IMG/VR virus record: IMGVR_UViG_3300011242_000002
Location: 32,001-96,000 of that record
DNA from: a virus
Lineage: Duplodnaviria; Caudoviricetes
Direction: 5' to 3' (one strand)
DNA: 64,000 nucleotides
Part shown: positions 10,087-19,482 of the stretch, one piece after another
Numbering within the stretch: position 1 is the first letter of the stretch
How the letters are laid out: every line of letters begins with the position of its first letter
Position numbers and translations under genes: made by a program
The notes under the pieces: generated by a model
What the model was told of the DNA's origin: nothing
Database searches by the model: none
What the model saw: the letters and a program-made list of their open reading frames with translations, nothing else

Positions 10087-10527
10087 ATGTCTGGACACTT
10101 CATCGAACGGGAATTGGTGCTCATTCCCAACACCCTGATTAACGAGCGCAATATTAGCCACGCCCACCTCCTGGAGCTTACCACCCAACCGCACTGGTGT
10201 GAACTGGGGTCGCCCCCGGCGCCGGACTTTGAAGACTACAAGCCCGCCTTACTGGTCAGCCAGGCCGTCAAGGATCGTCTAGATCGTTATCGTCAGATAA
10301 ACCCTATTGATGTGGTGGGTACGATCATCAGCTCCCGTGTGGACGTCGCCGGTAACCTGGTGGGGGTGGTTCGTATTCTGGACACCCATGCTAAAGCCGC
10401 GAGCTTAAAGAAAGCCCTGATGAAGCCCAAATGCGGTTTGGTGATTCACCCCCGTATTGGTCTGCGCCAGACCTTCGGCAATAATTATGAAGCCTGCGTG
10501 TTTGGTTTTGACCTGGGGTTTAAATGA
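10087..10527 (+). CDS. degenerate prohead-protease-like protein
   Basis: CELGSP, RYRQINPIDVVGTI, GVVRILDT, IHPRI and FGFDL follow the motif order of T4 gp21/phiKZ gp175-type proteases. Confidence 0.5.
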   Translation: MSGHFIERELVLIPNTLINERNISHAHLLELTTQPHWCELGSPPAPDFEDYKPALLVSQAVKDRLDRYRQINPIDVVGTIISSRVDVAGNLVGVVRILDTHAKAASLKKALMKPKCGLVIHPRIGLRQTFGNNYEACVFGFDLGFK

Positions 10528-10901
10528 TGACTAAGATCTTAGCGCTAAATGCTGTACCGGATTCGATCACCGTTCATCCGTTTGGCACCCTTGCGGTTAC
10601 CCCAATGCTGCAGCATCCTGAGCTGGGATCGGGTGACGAACAGATGCGAGTGGTGAGGTTGGATAACGGTCACCATTATCTCTTGACCCCCAATGTTGCC
10701 ACGGCACTGCTGCGCATGCGCGCTAACGTTGGTAACGTCCACGGTGTGCGGGTGGCGAAAGACATTCTGGAAAAGGGCACGGGGATGGTCTGGCATAAAG
10801 GGTCAAACCATCCGTACTCGTATATCACCATGGGGTATAACGGCAGCTATATTGAGCAACGGGTTGCGACAGCAGACCTCGGTTTGCACGTTGATGATTA
10901 A
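10524..10901 (+). CDS. hypothetical protein
   Basis: Start overlaps the upstream stop. Confidence 0.7.
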   Translation: MMTKILALNAVPDSITVHPFGTLAVTPMLQHPELGSGDEQMRVVRLDNGHHYLLTPNVATALLRMRANVGNVHGVRVAKDILEKGTGMVWHKGSNHPYSYITMGYNGSYIEQRVATADLGLHVDD

Positions 10902-10904
10902 TCC

Positions 10905-10939
10905 GAAGGCCGGGTAACACCGGTCCTTCTTTTTTTTTT
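10905..10939 (+). terminator. intrinsic terminator
   Basis: gaagg-ccgg...ccgg-tccttc stem followed by a long T run. Confidence 0.8.
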
Positions 10940-10951
10940 GTAAGGATCACT

Positions 10952-11551
10952 ATGAATCGATTCTACGTAAGCCTGGTGGGTGAGTCGGTAACCGATTTGG
11001 GGATTACCCGCCCGCGGGCCATTGGGATCAAGGTGCGCACCCACTCGGGTGTACCGATTGCATTGCGCCTGATTCCGGGCTTTGACCCCTACATGTCGTT
11101 CTTAATCGTGCGTAATGGTTTGTTAGGCCTGTACCGTTTTGATCGTCGCATGTCCGCCATGTCCGATCGAGCGGAGGCCAACGGTTTGGATCACGATGCG
11201 GTAAAAGAGATTGCCGAAGAGCTCTGTCGTAACCTGTTTTCAAAAGAGACTGGGATTATCTTTTTAAAGCAGATGGTCGGTGAGTTCCGCTTCCCGGAGG
11301 TGGTCAGCAGTATTGGCGGTAGCGGGGTGTATGTTGAAAGCGATTTGCTCTTCACCTTAACGCGCTCGCGCGGTTCAATTCATGGCTACGACGTGGGTTT
11401 AGGTAAGATCCCGCTGATTGAGCTCGGTATCCATCAGCAAAAGATCGTCAATGTCGACCCTACCCTGACCAAGGATTTTGCTCGCAAGGTGCGGACCAAG
11501 TACGGTCATCGGGTTGCGGTCACGTTTTCTGGATGTGTCATTAAAAACTAA
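10952..11551 (+). CDS. hypothetical protein
   Basis: TAAGGA SD; 199 aa. Confidence 0.75.
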   Translation: MNRFYVSLVGESVTDLGITRPRAIGIKVRTHSGVPIALRLIPGFDPYMSFLIVRNGLLGLYRFDRRMSAMSDRAEANGLDHDAVKEIAEELCRNLFSKETGIIFLKQMVGEFRFPEVVSSIGGSGVYVESDLLFTLTRSRGSIHGYDVGLGKIPLIELGIHQQKIVNVDPTLTKDFARKVRTKYGHRVAVTFSGCVIKN

Positions 11552-11563
11552 AAGGGGTTGAAC

Positions 11564-12340
11564 ATGCTTGGAGTACTGCGCGGTTGGTGGTCAAATTTTA
11601 CGGAACGTAACAACATCTGCCATTGGGATTATGGGATTCGCTGGCGGCGGGAAGGAAAGAACGTCACGGTGAACAGCATTGAGCTGCAGTATCAGTTTGG
11701 CCTGCAGGCGAAGCGTTTAGCGTTAGGGGTAGAGATCGGTGGGGATGAGGATCACATGTATACTTTCCGCATTGCGATCCCGCTGCTGTTTGCCTTCTGG
11801 CTCCATGTCGATACCCCGCCAAACCGTTTCACCAAATGGTTTGTTGGCAAGGATTGGTTACTGGGGGGTCGCGAGACCGGTTTTAGCATTGACCGTGATT
11901 TGGTGTCGTTCCGTTTACACAGTACCACCCTGGGGTGGTCTGCGGATAAGTGGTGTGGCTGGACCTGGATTCGCAGCTGGCGTGAAATCTTTATGGGTGA
12001 TCACAACTCTCGTAAAGGTGAGCTACGTTTTGACGTGGTGCGTGGTTCGCTTGGTGCGTCAAAAGGTGCGCCAGAAGGCCACAAAGACATCCTCTTTGAC
12101 GTCAAGTATGAAGACAACATCAGCAGCTACAGCCGCTGGTATCTGTTTTGGTATCATCCAAAGTGGACGCGCATCTCATTAACGCCACGGGAGAAAATCG
12201 TGGTGCCCGGGAAAGGAGATAACGGTTGGGATCAGGACGATGAGACGATGGGCGAGATCAGTTTTGGCAACACGGTAAAAACCCTGGATGAAGCCATCAT
12301 TCAGTATAATCAAGCCCTTCATCGCTACATGGGTCGCTGA
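11564..12340 (+). CDS. hypothetical Trp-rich protein
   Basis: AGGGG SD; about 258 aa. Confidence 0.75.
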   Translation: MLGVLRGWWSNFTERNNICHWDYGIRWRREGKNVTVNSIELQYQFGLQAKRLALGVEIGGDEDHMYTFRIAIPLLFAFWLHVDTPPNRFTKWFVGKDWLLGGRETGFSIDRDLVSFRLHSTTLGWSADKWCGWTWIRSWREIFMGDHNSRKGELRFDVVRGSLGASKGAPEGHKDILFDVKYEDNISSYSRWYLFWYHPKWTRISLTPREKIVVPGKGDNGWDQDDETMGEISFGNTVKTLDEAIIQYNQALHRYMGR

Positions 12341-12347
12341 GGTTACC

Positions 12348-12977
12348 GTGGAAAATAATAAAGCTAACGTATTCATCTACTGGGACTTCGATGATGTCCT
12401 GGGCAAAACCCATGCGCAGTTTATTTTTCTTCTGAAGCTGCTGTTTGACCATGATGCGGCAACGGACGTGTATTTGACCCCCGCTAATACCGACGGCCAC
12501 TTAGCGGTAATTTTAAACAAAGCCACGTTCATGCGCAACACCGCCTTTGACTACCAGGTGATTGCCGCCTGGAAAGCTATCCAGGAAAACTTCCCGCAGG
12601 TGGTACATGGGTTGGCCACCCACCGTGGTTACCACCCGGATGGCGAAGCCCACACGATGGCGTTACTGGACGAACACGGGTTCAAGTTTGCCAGCTACCA
12701 TTTTATCGACCCTGCTGTCCACGGGAAAGACAAGATGGTGTACCTGCGCGAGCGCCATGCGCCTGACGACATCATCATCTTAATCGATGACAATACGTTC
12801 TACGAACACGATCAGTACCCCAATGCCTCCACGGTGCTGATCGATAAACCCTGGAACAAGCACGTCGTAACGACCTCCCCTGAGCTGCGCGTTCAGACCT
12901 CTGGTATCTATGAGGCTGTGGAGGCGCTGCTGTGCTTCTACACCTTAAAGGCCATGACCAATGAAAGAGCAGCCTAA
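12348..12977 (+). CDS. HAD-superfamily 5'(3')-deoxyribonucleotidase-like phosphatase
   Basis: Motif I WDFDDVL, motif IV LIDDN, C-terminal PWN; GTG start after GAGG. Confidence 0.7.
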   Translation: MENNKANVFIYWDFDDVLGKTHAQFIFLLKLLFDHDAATDVYLTPANTDGHLAVILNKATFMRNTAFDYQVIAAWKAIQENFPQVVHGLATHRGYHPDGEAHTMALLDEHGFKFASYHFIDPAVHGKDKMVYLRERHAPDDIIILIDDNTFYEHDQYPNASTVLIDKPWNKHVVTTSPELRVQTSGIYEAVEALLCFYTLKAMTNERAA

Positions 12978-13407
12978 AGTAAAAATGTCGGTGGATATGG
13001 GTCGGGCGTTCATGCTTGCGGAATACCCCTGGTATGACACCGACATGTGCCAATCCAGCCAAGGTCTTGTCACCCCACCAAACGACTGCCCATCGACGGA
13101 AAAGATCAAATACACGCTGTGCTGTCACGCGCTGAACTGCTATGAAAAACGCAGTGCAACAGATGACCATGATAGCTTGTTAACGCTGATGTGGTACACC
13201 TACGGATTTGTTCCCTGTGCTATCACCTATCAGGGGTTTAACTACCGAGCATTGGTAGGGCTGCGCGGCATCTGCTGGGTTGAAAAACCACCGATTGATT
13301 TGATTGACCCAGAAGGCAAAGGTTACCCGGCATTGTTTGAACAGGCCGTCCGTATCTGCAAGACTCTGCGTACTGCTGTTCGTCAGGAACAGCAGCTGCT
13401 GCGTTAA
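12961..13407 (+). CDS. hypothetical protein
   Basis: Overlapping, operon-like ORF. Confidence 0.65.
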   Translation: MKEQPKVKMSVDMGRAFMLAEYPWYDTDMCQSSQGLVTPPNDCPSTEKIKYTLCCHALNCYEKRSATDDHDSLLTLMWYTYGFVPCAITYQGFNYRALVGLRGICWVEKPPIDLIDPEGKGYPALFEQAVRICKTLRTAVRQEQQLLR

Positions 13408-13440
13408 TCCTTATGTAACCCCATAACAGAGATTGAAACA

Positions 13441-14019
13441 ATGAACCATATTTTCTATGCTCGCGAGCATTTATTGGTCGTCTACACCGAAACCGAAGAT
13501 CACCCGCGTCCGGAAGGGCTGCGCGATACCGCGCTGGTTGACATCACCAACTGGCCGTGCGACATCATGTCAATTAACGAAACCCAGTGCATGGTGTTTG
13601 CTGACCCGGGCTTCATGTCCAGTATGGGTACCGGCTTTACCGCCGGCGGCGAGCTGATCACCGGTGCGCTGGTATGGCGCGACCGCTACCTGTACCGTCA
13701 CAATGCGCAGGGTGAGCTGGACCTGATCGGTGAGTTCCCGTCACCGTGGCACAACCTTTCCCGTAGCTTCTATGAAACCCGCCATGAGAACGGTGAGCTC
13801 TACGACGAGCTGATGCAGACCGCCAGTCGGGCTGACAACATCAACGAAACCAAAGAGTACCAGGATCAGTACGTGGCGCGCATGCTGCGCCTCTTTGTGA
13901 AGTACAATGTGCCGGTGCAGTACGGCTATTGCGTTAACGTGCGGACCGGTTGTATGTCACGCATTAACCGCCAGCGTATGAAAGAGCTGGAAGAACGGGC
14001 CCGTGCCAAGCGTAACTAA
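13441..14019 (+). CDS. hypothetical protein
   Basis: 192-aa ORF. Confidence 0.75.
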   Translation: MNHIFYAREHLLVVYTETEDHPRPEGLRDTALVDITNWPCDIMSINETQCMVFADPGFMSSMGTGFTAGGELITGALVWRDRYLYRHNAQGELDLIGEFPSPWHNLSRSFYETRHENGELYDELMQTASRADNINETKEYQDQYVARMLRLFVKYNVPVQYGYCVNVRTGCMSRINRQRMKELEERARAKRN

Positions 14020-14027
14020 CGTCTAAT

Positions 14028-14078
14028 GATGGATCCGCTTCCTGCTGCGGTGGGAGGTGGATCCATCTTTTTATGCTG
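14028..14078 (+). terminator. long hairpin + TTTTTATGCTG
   Basis: gatggatcc...ggatccatc stem followed by the T/TATGC tail. Confidence 0.75.
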
Positions 14079-14109
14079 CAGATAATTTTACCTCTACATT
14101 ACCGGGGTG
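14075..14109 (+). promoter_or_regulatory. putative early promoter with upstream GCTGCAGATAAT extension
   Basis: CTACATTAC at 14094-14102, then N5-TG. Confidence 0.7.
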
Positions 14110-14178
14110 AATGACACTTCCCCGTTATTCTGTACATAGCCTCCCTACCGTATGAGTTAGAGTCTTTGGAGATTGCGT

Positions 14179-14469
14179 ATGTTAGAGCGCTTCCTGCTCA
14201 TTGTGGCCCTCAAGTTTATTGTCTGTTGGACGATCATCTTCTTTGCCGAGCGCCAACAGCTCAAACCCTACTACTATTTCCATGAAGTGGTGTTGGGGTG
14301 CATTGTCGTGGCAATCACTCCGTTGGTCGGTCAGTTGGCCCTGTACGTTTACATGGGCTATCAGCTGCGGGACTACCCGTACGGGATGGTGCGCGCCTGG
14401 CTTTGGCCAGTCGAGTGCTACCGTTCGATCATTTACCGCTACACCCGTCGTTATCCGTTTCGTCATTAA
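14179..14469 (+). CDS. hypothetical membrane protein
   Basis: GGAG SD; two hydrophobic segments. Confidence 0.6.
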   Translation: MLERFLLIVALKFIVCWTIIFFAERQQLKPYYYFHEVVLGCIVVAITPLVGQLALYVYMGYQLRDYPYGMVRAWLWPVECYRSIIYRYTRRYPFRH

Positions 14470-14482
14470 ATAAGGGACCCGT

Positions 14483-15031
14483 ATGTCACTCGTTGATAAG
14501 TTTAAGAATTGGAAACCACAGAAGCAGCGTGAGCTGTTAGAGCAGCTGCTGATGATTCACGCCGGCACCCAAAGCGATAACCTGCTGTACGCACAGCCAA
14601 CGGCAATCAACGTCGCCTGGCACGACAGCCCGGAAGCCATCCACCGCGCCTACTGGGAACCGCTGTGTCAACGCGAGCAGCTGCCCTACGAGGAGCTGTT
14701 CTCCCGCATGACCATTGAAGCCGGTGACAACGGCATTGGGGATATTGTCGGGAACACCCCGGCCCAGGTCGTAGCCGGGATTCGTGAGCAGGGATGCTGG
14801 GCCTTTACCGACTACCATAACCGCATGGTGCATATCTGGGATGGTGGCACCGTGGATCAAGGGATGATCATGCAGATGATTGCTTCCGAGGTGGCGCACC
14901 TGACGCCGGACCGCTGGAGCAACGAACAGTTAGAGGAGCTGCGGGTAGAACAGTTTGGCTACGTTGCCAACATTGCCCTGCAGGCGTTTAATCAAGCCAT
15001 GGAACACCGTGCGGCAAAACTGGAGGGGTAA
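14483..15031 (+). CDS. hypothetical protein with zincin-like segment (ASEVAH in place of HExxH)
   Basis: 182-aa ORF with SD. Confidence 0.7.
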   Translation: MSLVDKFKNWKPQKQRELLEQLLMIHAGTQSDNLLYAQPTAINVAWHDSPEAIHRAYWEPLCQREQLPYEELFSRMTIEAGDNGIGDIVGNTPAQVVAGIREQGCWAFTDYHNRMVHIWDGGTVDQGMIMQMIASEVAHLTPDRWSNEQLEELRVEQFGYVANIALQAFNQAMEHRAAKLEG

Positions 15032-15032
15032 C

Positions 15033-15254
15033 ATGTGGCTACTATTCTGGCTGTCATTGGGCTGGTTCATTTCATCCGTCATGTTGCATTTCGGCGAGAG
15101 GCGGGGGATTCGTATGACCAATCCTATCGCTAAACGTCCTGGGTTCGGTGACTGGTGGCGACTGTTCTGCTGCCCGTATGTCACGGTGTACCGCACACTG
15201 CACGCCGTGGTGGGCTACCTGGTTGAACTGACCTGGCGTTTGGTAAAGGGATAA
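15033..15254 (+). CDS. small membrane protein
   Basis: GGAGG SD before ATG 15033; hydrophobic. Confidence 0.6.
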   Translation: MWLLFWLSLGWFISSVMLHFGERRGIRMTNPIAKRPGFGDWWRLFCCPYVTVYRTLHAVVGYLVELTWRLVKG

Positions 15255-15259
15255 CTACC

Positions 15260-16363
15260 ATGTCAAGCATCTATTTGCTGATCGTGTTTATCCCAACGGT
15301 GTTGTGGGTGATTGCCAGCAAGGCGATCTTCCACGCCACCATCAACCTTAAAGAGTGGTGCATTCAGATTCTGGCGGCCCTGGCAACGTCACTGATCCTT
15401 TGGGGGGTGATCGCCATGGGTAGCCTGACGATGTCGTATGACACCGAGATCCTCAACGGCTATATCACCGGCAAGGAGCGGGTGAAGGTCGGCTGCGAGC
15501 ATCAGTATCAATGCGGGGAAACCTGCACCAAGGACAGCAAAGGCAACAAAACCTGTAAACCGGTTTATTGTGATGAGCACGCCTACGATGTCGATTGGGA
15601 TGTGAAATCTTCGGTGGGTAGCTGGACGATCAGTCGAGTGGATCGTCGCGGCTTAACCGAACCGCCACGCTGGACCCAGGTGGTGATTGGTGAACCGGCG
15701 GCTTCTTGGAAGGTGGCCAGTAACTACATGCTGTTACAGGAGAACCACTTTAACACCTCTGACAGCATCATGGCGCACTACAAGGATCAGTTACCGGAAT
15801 ACCCGTCAACCTATGACTACTATCGCTTTAACCGCGTGATCAACGACACCCATACCGACTACGGCTGGATCAATGATTACCTTAATGATCAGCTGCGCAT
15901 GCTGGGCAAAGAGAAGCAGTTAAACGTGATTGTAGTGATCACCAACAAACCGTACGAGTACTACACGGCGGTGCGTCAGGCCTGGAAAGGCACGAAGCGT
16001 AACGATGTGCAGCTGTTCTACGGGTTGGATGCCGAGGGTCACATTAGCTGGTTTAAGGCCGACTCGTTTGCAGACGGGCAGTCCAATGCGGCGATGCTGG
16101 AATCGCTGCGTATTCCGACACTTAATGCCATGTTGACGCCTGAGTTGCTAAACGAGCAGCTGCTGACCATCAAAGAGAAGTTTGTGCGTCTGCCAAACGA
16201 AAAGCTCGAGTACCTGAAAGACCAGTGGTCACCGAGTATTACGTTCATTACTATCCTAACGCTGTTAAACCTGCTGGTCTCCGTAGTGATCAGTTGGTTC
16301 CTTCATAAAGAGGAGTTAGGGGAGTTTAAGTTCTTAACCAAAACCAAAAGCAGTTACTATTAA
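15260..16363 (+). CDS. membrane protein with Cys-rich loop and TPM-like domain
   Basis: Two N-terminal TM helices, CEHQYQC...C...C...YCDEH loop, LNVIVVIT...AWKGTKRNDVQLFYG, C-terminal TM helix. Confidence 0.7.
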   Translation: MSSIYLLIVFIPTVLWVIASKAIFHATINLKEWCIQILAALATSLILWGVIAMGSLTMSYDTEILNGYITGKERVKVGCEHQYQCGETCTKDSKGNKTCKPVYCDEHAYDVDWDVKSSVGSWTISRVDRRGLTEPPRWTQVVIGEPAASWKVASNYMLLQENHFNTSDSIMAHYKDQLPEYPSTYDYYRFNRVINDTHTDYGWINDYLNDQLRMLGKEKQLNVIVVITNKPYEYYTAVRQAWKGTKRNDVQLFYGLDAEGHISWFKADSFADGQSNAAMLESLRIPTLNAMLTPELLNEQLLTIKEKFVRLPNEKLEYLKDQWSPSITFITILTLLNLLVSVVISWFLHKEELGEFKFLTKTKSSYY

Positions 16364-16374
16364 CGGAGAGTAAA

Positions 16375-16983
16375 ATGAGTTACGCGGAGCAATCAATGGG
16401 TGGAAAGAAAGGCTTTGGCACGGGGGCGATTGTCGCCATTATCTTTGGTGGGATTCTGGCGCTGCTGTTGGCAGTCGGCGGGGTGGCGTTCATGGCATAC
16501 GTCAGTGCGGCCAACAACGGCAACCAGATGGAGAACACCATCGACAACCTGCGTCAGAGTTCAGCATCGAACCTGAGTAACTTGACGATGCGTATCACTG
16601 AAATGGCGCAGGTGCCAGAAATGGCCACTGATCATTTAAAGCAGATTATTGAAGCCCAGATGTCCGGTCGCTATGGTGGGGATGGGTCAAAGGCGGTGGT
16701 GCAGTTCCTGCGTGAACAGAACCTGCAGGTGGATCAGCGCATGTATCTTAACATCCAAGCCGAGATGTCAGGTGGACGTAAAGAGTTCGAAATCACCCAA
16801 AACCGTTTGTTATCCCAATGCGCAGCCTATAAGAACGATCTGGGCAACGTGTGGTCCGGTTTCTGGTTAGGCTTAGCCGGCTATCCAAAAGCCGATTTGA
16901 AAGTGGTGTGTCGTGCCGTTACGGACAGCAAAACGGATAACGCCTTTGCCACCGGTCAACAAACCAAAATCAGTTTGAAGTAA
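16375..16983 (+). CDS. LemA-like membrane-anchored protein
   Basis: N-terminal TM followed by helical domain; GGRKEFEITQNRLL...AYKN...FWLGLAGYP resembles the LemA C-terminus. Confidence 0.6.
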   Translation: MSYAEQSMGGKKGFGTGAIVAIIFGGILALLLAVGGVAFMAYVSAANNGNQMENTIDNLRQSSASNLSNLTMRITEMAQVPEMATDHLKQIIEAQMSGRYGGDGSKAVVQFLREQNLQVDQRMYLNIQAEMSGGRKEFEITQNRLLSQCAAYKNDLGNVWSGFWLGLAGYPKADLKVVCRAVTDSKTDNAFATGQQTKISLK

Positions 16984-17065
16984 TAATAACGCAGTGCGCT
17001 AAAACCAGGGGGCGGGAAACCGCCTCCTTTTATACCAAAAAATTAACCTGTTGGAGTAGTAGCTT

Positions 17066-18340
17066 ATGTCCGGATATATGTCTATCGTTGAACGTTGCTT
17101 ACGCGTGGTTAACAATTCCCCAGACGGCGTTACCTGGACACGTTTAAATGAACGTGTTGACCTCTTAGCCAAAGCCAGCAAACGCGAGAAGACGCAAGTA
17201 TTTCAGCACCTTAAAGGAAAGAAAAATCTGTGGAACAACAACGCTGACGACATGTCAGACACCATGTTTATGCTCGTCGTCGATGCACCTGCGGATGCCG
17301 TAGCCGAAACCAGTACGACTCCTGTTTCTGCTACCGCTACCGCAAAGAAAGCACGCCTGAACAAATACAGCAGTTTGCACGTCAATAAGACCATGGGTCT
17401 GGAGCCTGTGGCGTTTAGCAATCCTCAACCTAAGGTGGTCAACATGCCTGGCGTTAACCCTGCAGCAGAAGTGGTCAATCATCCCACGCTGGAACGTGAC
17501 GACATCTTTGCCTACAACTCGTTCTACACCGAAGATGAAGTGATAGCCGAAATGGCGTATCACGTGGCACAGTCGGCAGGTCACGGCCTTACCTTAACCG
17601 CCCTGCGCATGTCGGTACCGGAGTTCTCCGAGTGCGACGACGATGACCGCTTCCACCTGGTCAACAAAATGCGTAACCGTTACGGTATTCAGTTCTACAC
17701 CAAGAAGTCGGCTTCGGGCAAGACCATCAAGGTGCTGGCCCTGCGTCGTGAAGGTACTGAAATTTCACGCCCTGAGTGGTTTACCAAGCAGCATCGGGAA
17801 GTGCGTCGTCACTTCCCACAAGAGAGCTCTGGTGAGCTGATCTCCCGCATCTCCGGTTCGGTTACCAACAACGCGATGGCGGAAGCCTTTGCCAAGCTGA
17901 ACCCGGCCCAGCTGTTTGCGGCCCAGTCCGGTAGCGAACACGATGAGCACGATGAGGAAGAAGATGACAGCATGTACGAGACCGAAGGTGAACTGCCTGA
18001 AGAGAAGAAAGAACCTGAGCCGGTAGTGGTTAACGTAAAAGAGGAAGAAGAGGAAGAAATTCCTGTAGCCGAACCAGAGTCAGTAAAGCTGACCCCTGCT
18101 CAACCGCAGCCGGTATCGAAAGCCGAAGTCACCCAGGCTGCCGATACTTTACGTCTGATTGCTGCCCAGCTGGAAGCCCAGGCCACGATCAGCGAAGAGC
18201 TGCGCAAGAAAAAGGAACGTTTCGACGTGCTGATGCGCATGGCACGGGAAAGCTCGGTGCAGATTCAAACTGCGCTGGATAACCACAACGAACTGTTGGA
18301 CGATCTGCAGAAAGCGGCTAACGACCTCACTGCGCTGTAA
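17066..18340 (+). CDS. hypothetical protein with two winged-helix-like repeats, acidic tract and coiled coil
   Basis: NSPDGVTWTRL and SAGHGLTLTAL repeats; E/D-rich region. Confidence 0.75.
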   Translation: MSGYMSIVERCLRVVNNSPDGVTWTRLNERVDLLAKASKREKTQVFQHLKGKKNLWNNNADDMSDTMFMLVVDAPADAVAETSTTPVSATATAKKARLNKYSSLHVNKTMGLEPVAFSNPQPKVVNMPGVNPAAEVVNHPTLERDDIFAYNSFYTEDEVIAEMAYHVAQSAGHGLTLTALRMSVPEFSECDDDDRFHLVNKMRNRYGIQFYTKKSASGKTIKVLALRREGTEISRPEWFTKQHREVRRHFPQESSGELISRISGSVTNNAMAEAFAKLNPAQLFAAQSGSEHDEHDEEEDDSMYETEGELPEEKKEPEPVVVNVKEEEEEEIPVAEPESVKLTPAQPQPVSKAEVTQAADTLRLIAAQLEAQATISEELRKKKERFDVLMRMARESSVQIQTALDNHNELLDDLQKAANDLTAL

Positions 18341-18350
18341 GGAGTTCGTC

Positions 18351-19133
18351 ATGATTCCTGCAAACGTTGGAACACCAGACCCCGGTACGTTAAAGCTACT
18401 GGCCAGTCTGATGGAAGAACAGTTTGGTGTGAGTGAACGGGCTAAGCAAGCCACGGCGGTAGTTGAGCGTTTCAGTGGCATGCTGGAAGGCTCGCAGCAT
18501 CATCTCAATAAACTTTGGGCGGGGCATGAAGCCATCATGGCGGAACTGTTGGCTCTGGGTGAAGAGATGTCAGCGCTGCTGGCGGTAGAGAATCACACTC
18601 AAACCTTTAACGGTGCAATCGTCATTGATAACATCGTGGTTGAAGTGGAGATCCAATACCGCGTGGTTACCCGCAACGGTAACCCCGGTCCGGCGATCGA
18701 TGCCCTTACCTTCAAGCAGGGTAAGGAGCGGGTAGACATCGTCTCGCAGAACAGCACGAGCCTGGTGGTCTATGAAGACAAAGAGCTGCTGATGGATGTT
18801 GCCATCAATACCTTAGGTGGCAGCAGCATGGAAGATGCTCTGCGCTTTGTCATGACCGCGGTGGAACGCTGGACGCTAAAACACCGTCACGATAACCACT
18901 TTGATCTGGTGATCAAGCTGTTGTTAAAATGCCAGGTGATTGTTCACCCAGTGGAAAAGGAGATCAACCCTACCCCACCGGTTGTCGAACCTGAAACCAC
19001 TACCACTCTTACCCGTGCCCCACACACCCGCGAATACATTGCCCACGGCACCACGTTCTGGCGTGACGGTCATTACCGTACCAGCAGTCGTGGTAACCGC
19101 TACTGGGTAGAAGGGCACTTCGTAACTCGTTAA
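18351..19133 (+). CDS. hypothetical protein with C-terminal W-x-x-GH repeat
   Basis: TAAGGAG SD; ends FWRDGHYRTSSRGNRYWVEGHFVTR. Confidence 0.75.
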   Translation: MIPANVGTPDPGTLKLLASLMEEQFGVSERAKQATAVVERFSGMLEGSQHHLNKLWAGHEAIMAELLALGEEMSALLAVENHTQTFNGAIVIDNIVVEVEIQYRVVTRNGNPGPAIDALTFKQGKERVDIVSQNSTSLVVYEDKELLMDVAINTLGGSSMEDALRFVMTAVERWTLKHRHDNHFDLVIKLLLKCQVIVHPVEKEINPTPPVVEPETTTTLTRAPHTREYIAHGTTFWRDGHYRTSSRGNRYWVEGHFVTR

Positions 19134-19145
19134 TAAGGAAAGTAA

Positions 19146-19379
19146 ATGAGCAAGACCAATGTAAACACCGATAACATGATCAGTTTGAAAGACGCGTCTG
19201 ACGACCTGGGTATCAGCCAGAAAGCACTGCGCATTCGTATCAGCAAAGGCAAGTTTCCACAGCCCGATGCCCGTAAAGGCGATGAACTTTTTTGGAACAC
19301 GGATACGTTGTGCGGTATCGTGACCCCTAATGATCGCGTGGTACAAGCATTAGGACTGGATCAAGATATTCCGTTCTAA
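19146..19379 (+). CDS. AlpA/excisionase-like helix-turn-helix protein
   Basis: ISLKDASDDLGISQKALRIRISKGKFPQP...LFW pattern. Confidence 0.7.
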   Translation: MSKTNVNTDNMISLKDASDDLGISQKALRIRISKGKFPQPDARKGDELFWNTDTLCGIVTPNDRVVQALGLDQDIPF

Positions 19380-19380
19380 G

Positions 19381-19421
19381 CGGCATAAGGAGTAGGGGGC
19401 TTCCCCTACTCTTTTTTTTTT
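19381..19421. terminator. hairpin with T run (+) and CGGCATAA flank (-)
   Basis: gagtagggg-gctt-cccctactc followed by a T run. Confidence 0.8.
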
Positions 19422-19435
19422 ATTTGTTTTAAAGC

Positions 19436-19451
19436 CTACATTACTAAGGTG
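19436..19451 (+). promoter_or_regulatory. putative early promoter CTACATTAC-N5-TG
   Basis: Motif copy directly after the terminator. Confidence 0.7.
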
Positions 19452-19482
19452 TGTACTCACCCACTTTAATAAGGACCCCGAC

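Noticed and set aside
19146-19379. Excisionase-like gene as evidence of a prophage or mobile element
   Set aside because: No integrase, transposase or att-like repeats are visible; the context is continuous lytic jumbo-phage sequence.
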